Origin: the human T2T-CHM13v2.0 reference genome, Homo sapiens
Length of the DNA: 64,000 nt
Assembly (NCBI RefSeq): GCF_009914755.1
Contig: NC_060943.1
Strand: one strand, 5' to 3'
Positions within the stretch are counted from its first letter, which is position 1. Every line of letters begins with the position of its first letter. Shown here in pieces: positions 63,201 through 64,000 of this stretch. The notes below the pieces were generated by a model. It made no database searches, was not told where the DNA came from, and worked only from the letters and a program-made list of their open reading frames with translations. A program made the translations under genes and the position numbers.

Positions 63201-64000
63201 CAGAGCAGACTTGAAGCACTCTTTTTGTGGAATTTGCAAGTGGAGATTTCAGCCGCTTTGAGGTCAATGGTAGAAAAGGAAATATCTTCGTATAAAAACT
63301 AGACAGAACGATTCTCAGAAACTCCTTTGTGATGTGTGCGTTCAACTCACAGAGTTTAACCTTTCTTTTCATAGAGCAGTTAGGAAACACTCTGTTTGTA
63401 AAGTCTGCAAGTGGATATTCAGACCTCCTTGAGGCCTTCGTTGGAAACGGGATTTCTTCATATTCTGCTAGACAGAAGAATTCTCAGTAACTTCCTTGTG
63501 TTGTGTGTATTCAACTCACAGAGTTGAACGATCCTTTACACAGAGCATACTTGAAACACTCTTGTTTTGGAATTTGCAAGTGGAGATTTCAGCCGATTTG
63601 AGGTCAATGGTAGAATAGGAAATATCTTCCTATAGAAACTAGACAGAATGATTCTCAGAAACTCCTTTGTGATGTGTGCGTTCAACTCACAGAGTTTAAC
63701 CTTTCTTTTCATAGAGCAGTTAGGAAACACTCTGTTTGTAAAGTCTGCAAGTGGATATTCAGACCTCTTTGAGGCCTTCGTTGGAAACGGGATTTCTTCA
63801 TATTCTGCTAGACAGAAGAATTCTCAGTAACTTCCTTGTGGTGTGAGAATTCAACTCACAGAGTTGAACGATCCTTTACACAGAGCAGACTTGAAACACT
63901 CTTTTTGTGGAATTTGCAAGTGGAGATTTCACCCGCTTTGTGGTCAATAGTAGAATAGGAAATATCTTCCTATAGAAACTAGACAGAATGATTGTCAGAA
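54280..64000 (+). repeat. Distinct alpha-satellite haplotype domain (different variant set, irregular ~6-dimer period)
   Basis: New or strongly enriched variants: GCTATACAG, TTCTCAGAAACTTCC, CCTAAAGAAAC, TTTGTGCTGTG, CTTCCTGGTG, ATTGTCAGAA, GTGTGAATTC, TGGTCAATAGTAG. Confidence 0.75.

Larger units (their letters stand above)
1..64000 (+). repeat. Centromeric alpha-satellite array, SF1 (J1/J2) 340-bp dimer, D1Z7/D5Z2/D19Z3-like (S1C1/5/19H1L-type)
   Basis: Strict 340-bp periodicity (ORF track recurs at 125, 465, 805...). Alternating monomers carry CTTCGTTGGAAACGGGA and TCAATGGTAGAA(A/T)AGGAA. Typical alphoid motifs are present (CAACTCACAGAGTT, ATTCTCAGAAACT, TTTGCAAGTGGA). Most dimers have an EcoRI site (AAGAATTCTC). 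The SF1/chr1-5-19 assignment is from recognition of the dimer, not a database search. Confidence 0.97.

Noticed and set aside
55407-63261. Longer 97-124 aa ORFs in the right-hand domain
   Set aside because: They arise from haplotype SNVs (CAGTAA to CAGAAA, TAG to AAG) that happen to remove stops; they are haplotype markers rather than coding signal.
125-63830. Hundreds of 60-124 aa ORFs on both strands (MFPNCSMKRKVKLCELNAH..., MILRNSFVMCAFNSQ...)
   Set aside because: They are translations of the satellite dimer, recurring every 340 bp. Starts and stops are gained and lost at random, the minus-strand start is usually GTG, and there is no promoter, splice or family evidence. Similar 'hypothetical proteins' in databases are typically alphoid contamination.
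1-64000. CRISPR-like or other prokaryotic repeat-spacer system
   Set aside because: There are no unique spacers; the entire 340-bp unit repeats, and there are no cas or other genes.
1-64000. Transposon insertion (L1/Alu) or large inversion within the array
   Set aside because: I saw no poly-A tail, target-site duplication or non-alphoid sequence. The register is fully explained by 340-bp steps, three 171-bp shifts and two 1-bp deletions, and all CENP-B boxes are on the same strand.
1-64000. Assignment to a specific chromosome or to the active kinetochore (CDR) site
   Set aside because: The dimer is shared by chromosomes 1, 5 and 19, and CENP-A occupancy is epigenetic; neither can be read from this sequence without mapping.

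Overview
The whole 64 kb window is one uninterrupted, single-orientation array of primate (most likely human) centromeric alpha-satellite. It is built from a 340-bp dimer: a 171-bp A-type monomer with a pJalpha-like box and a 169-bp B-type monomer with a CENP-B box. This is the suprachromosomal family 1 (J1/J2) pattern, best matching the D1Z7/D5Z2/D19Z3 (S1C1/5/19H1L) dimeric array; the chromosome cannot be fixed by eye. I see no genes, RNA genes, transposons, inversions or CRISPR arrays, and every ORF in the track is a repeat artefact. The non-obvious content is the layered structure revealed by shared point variants. (1) A 17/18-dimer tandem duplication lies at about 3.3-15 kb. (2) Smaller 1-, 3- and 5-dimer duplications lie at 16-22 kb. 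(3) A young macro-repeat of about 57 monomers (~9.7 kb) is present three times at about 24.6-51.9 kb; each copy carries the same out-of-register A-A junction, and copies 2 and 3 carry different internal deletions. (4) A distinct haplotype domain starts at about 54.3 kb. (5) A probable template-switch microinversion sits at about 21.24 kb. I found no evidence of a novel protein-coding system.
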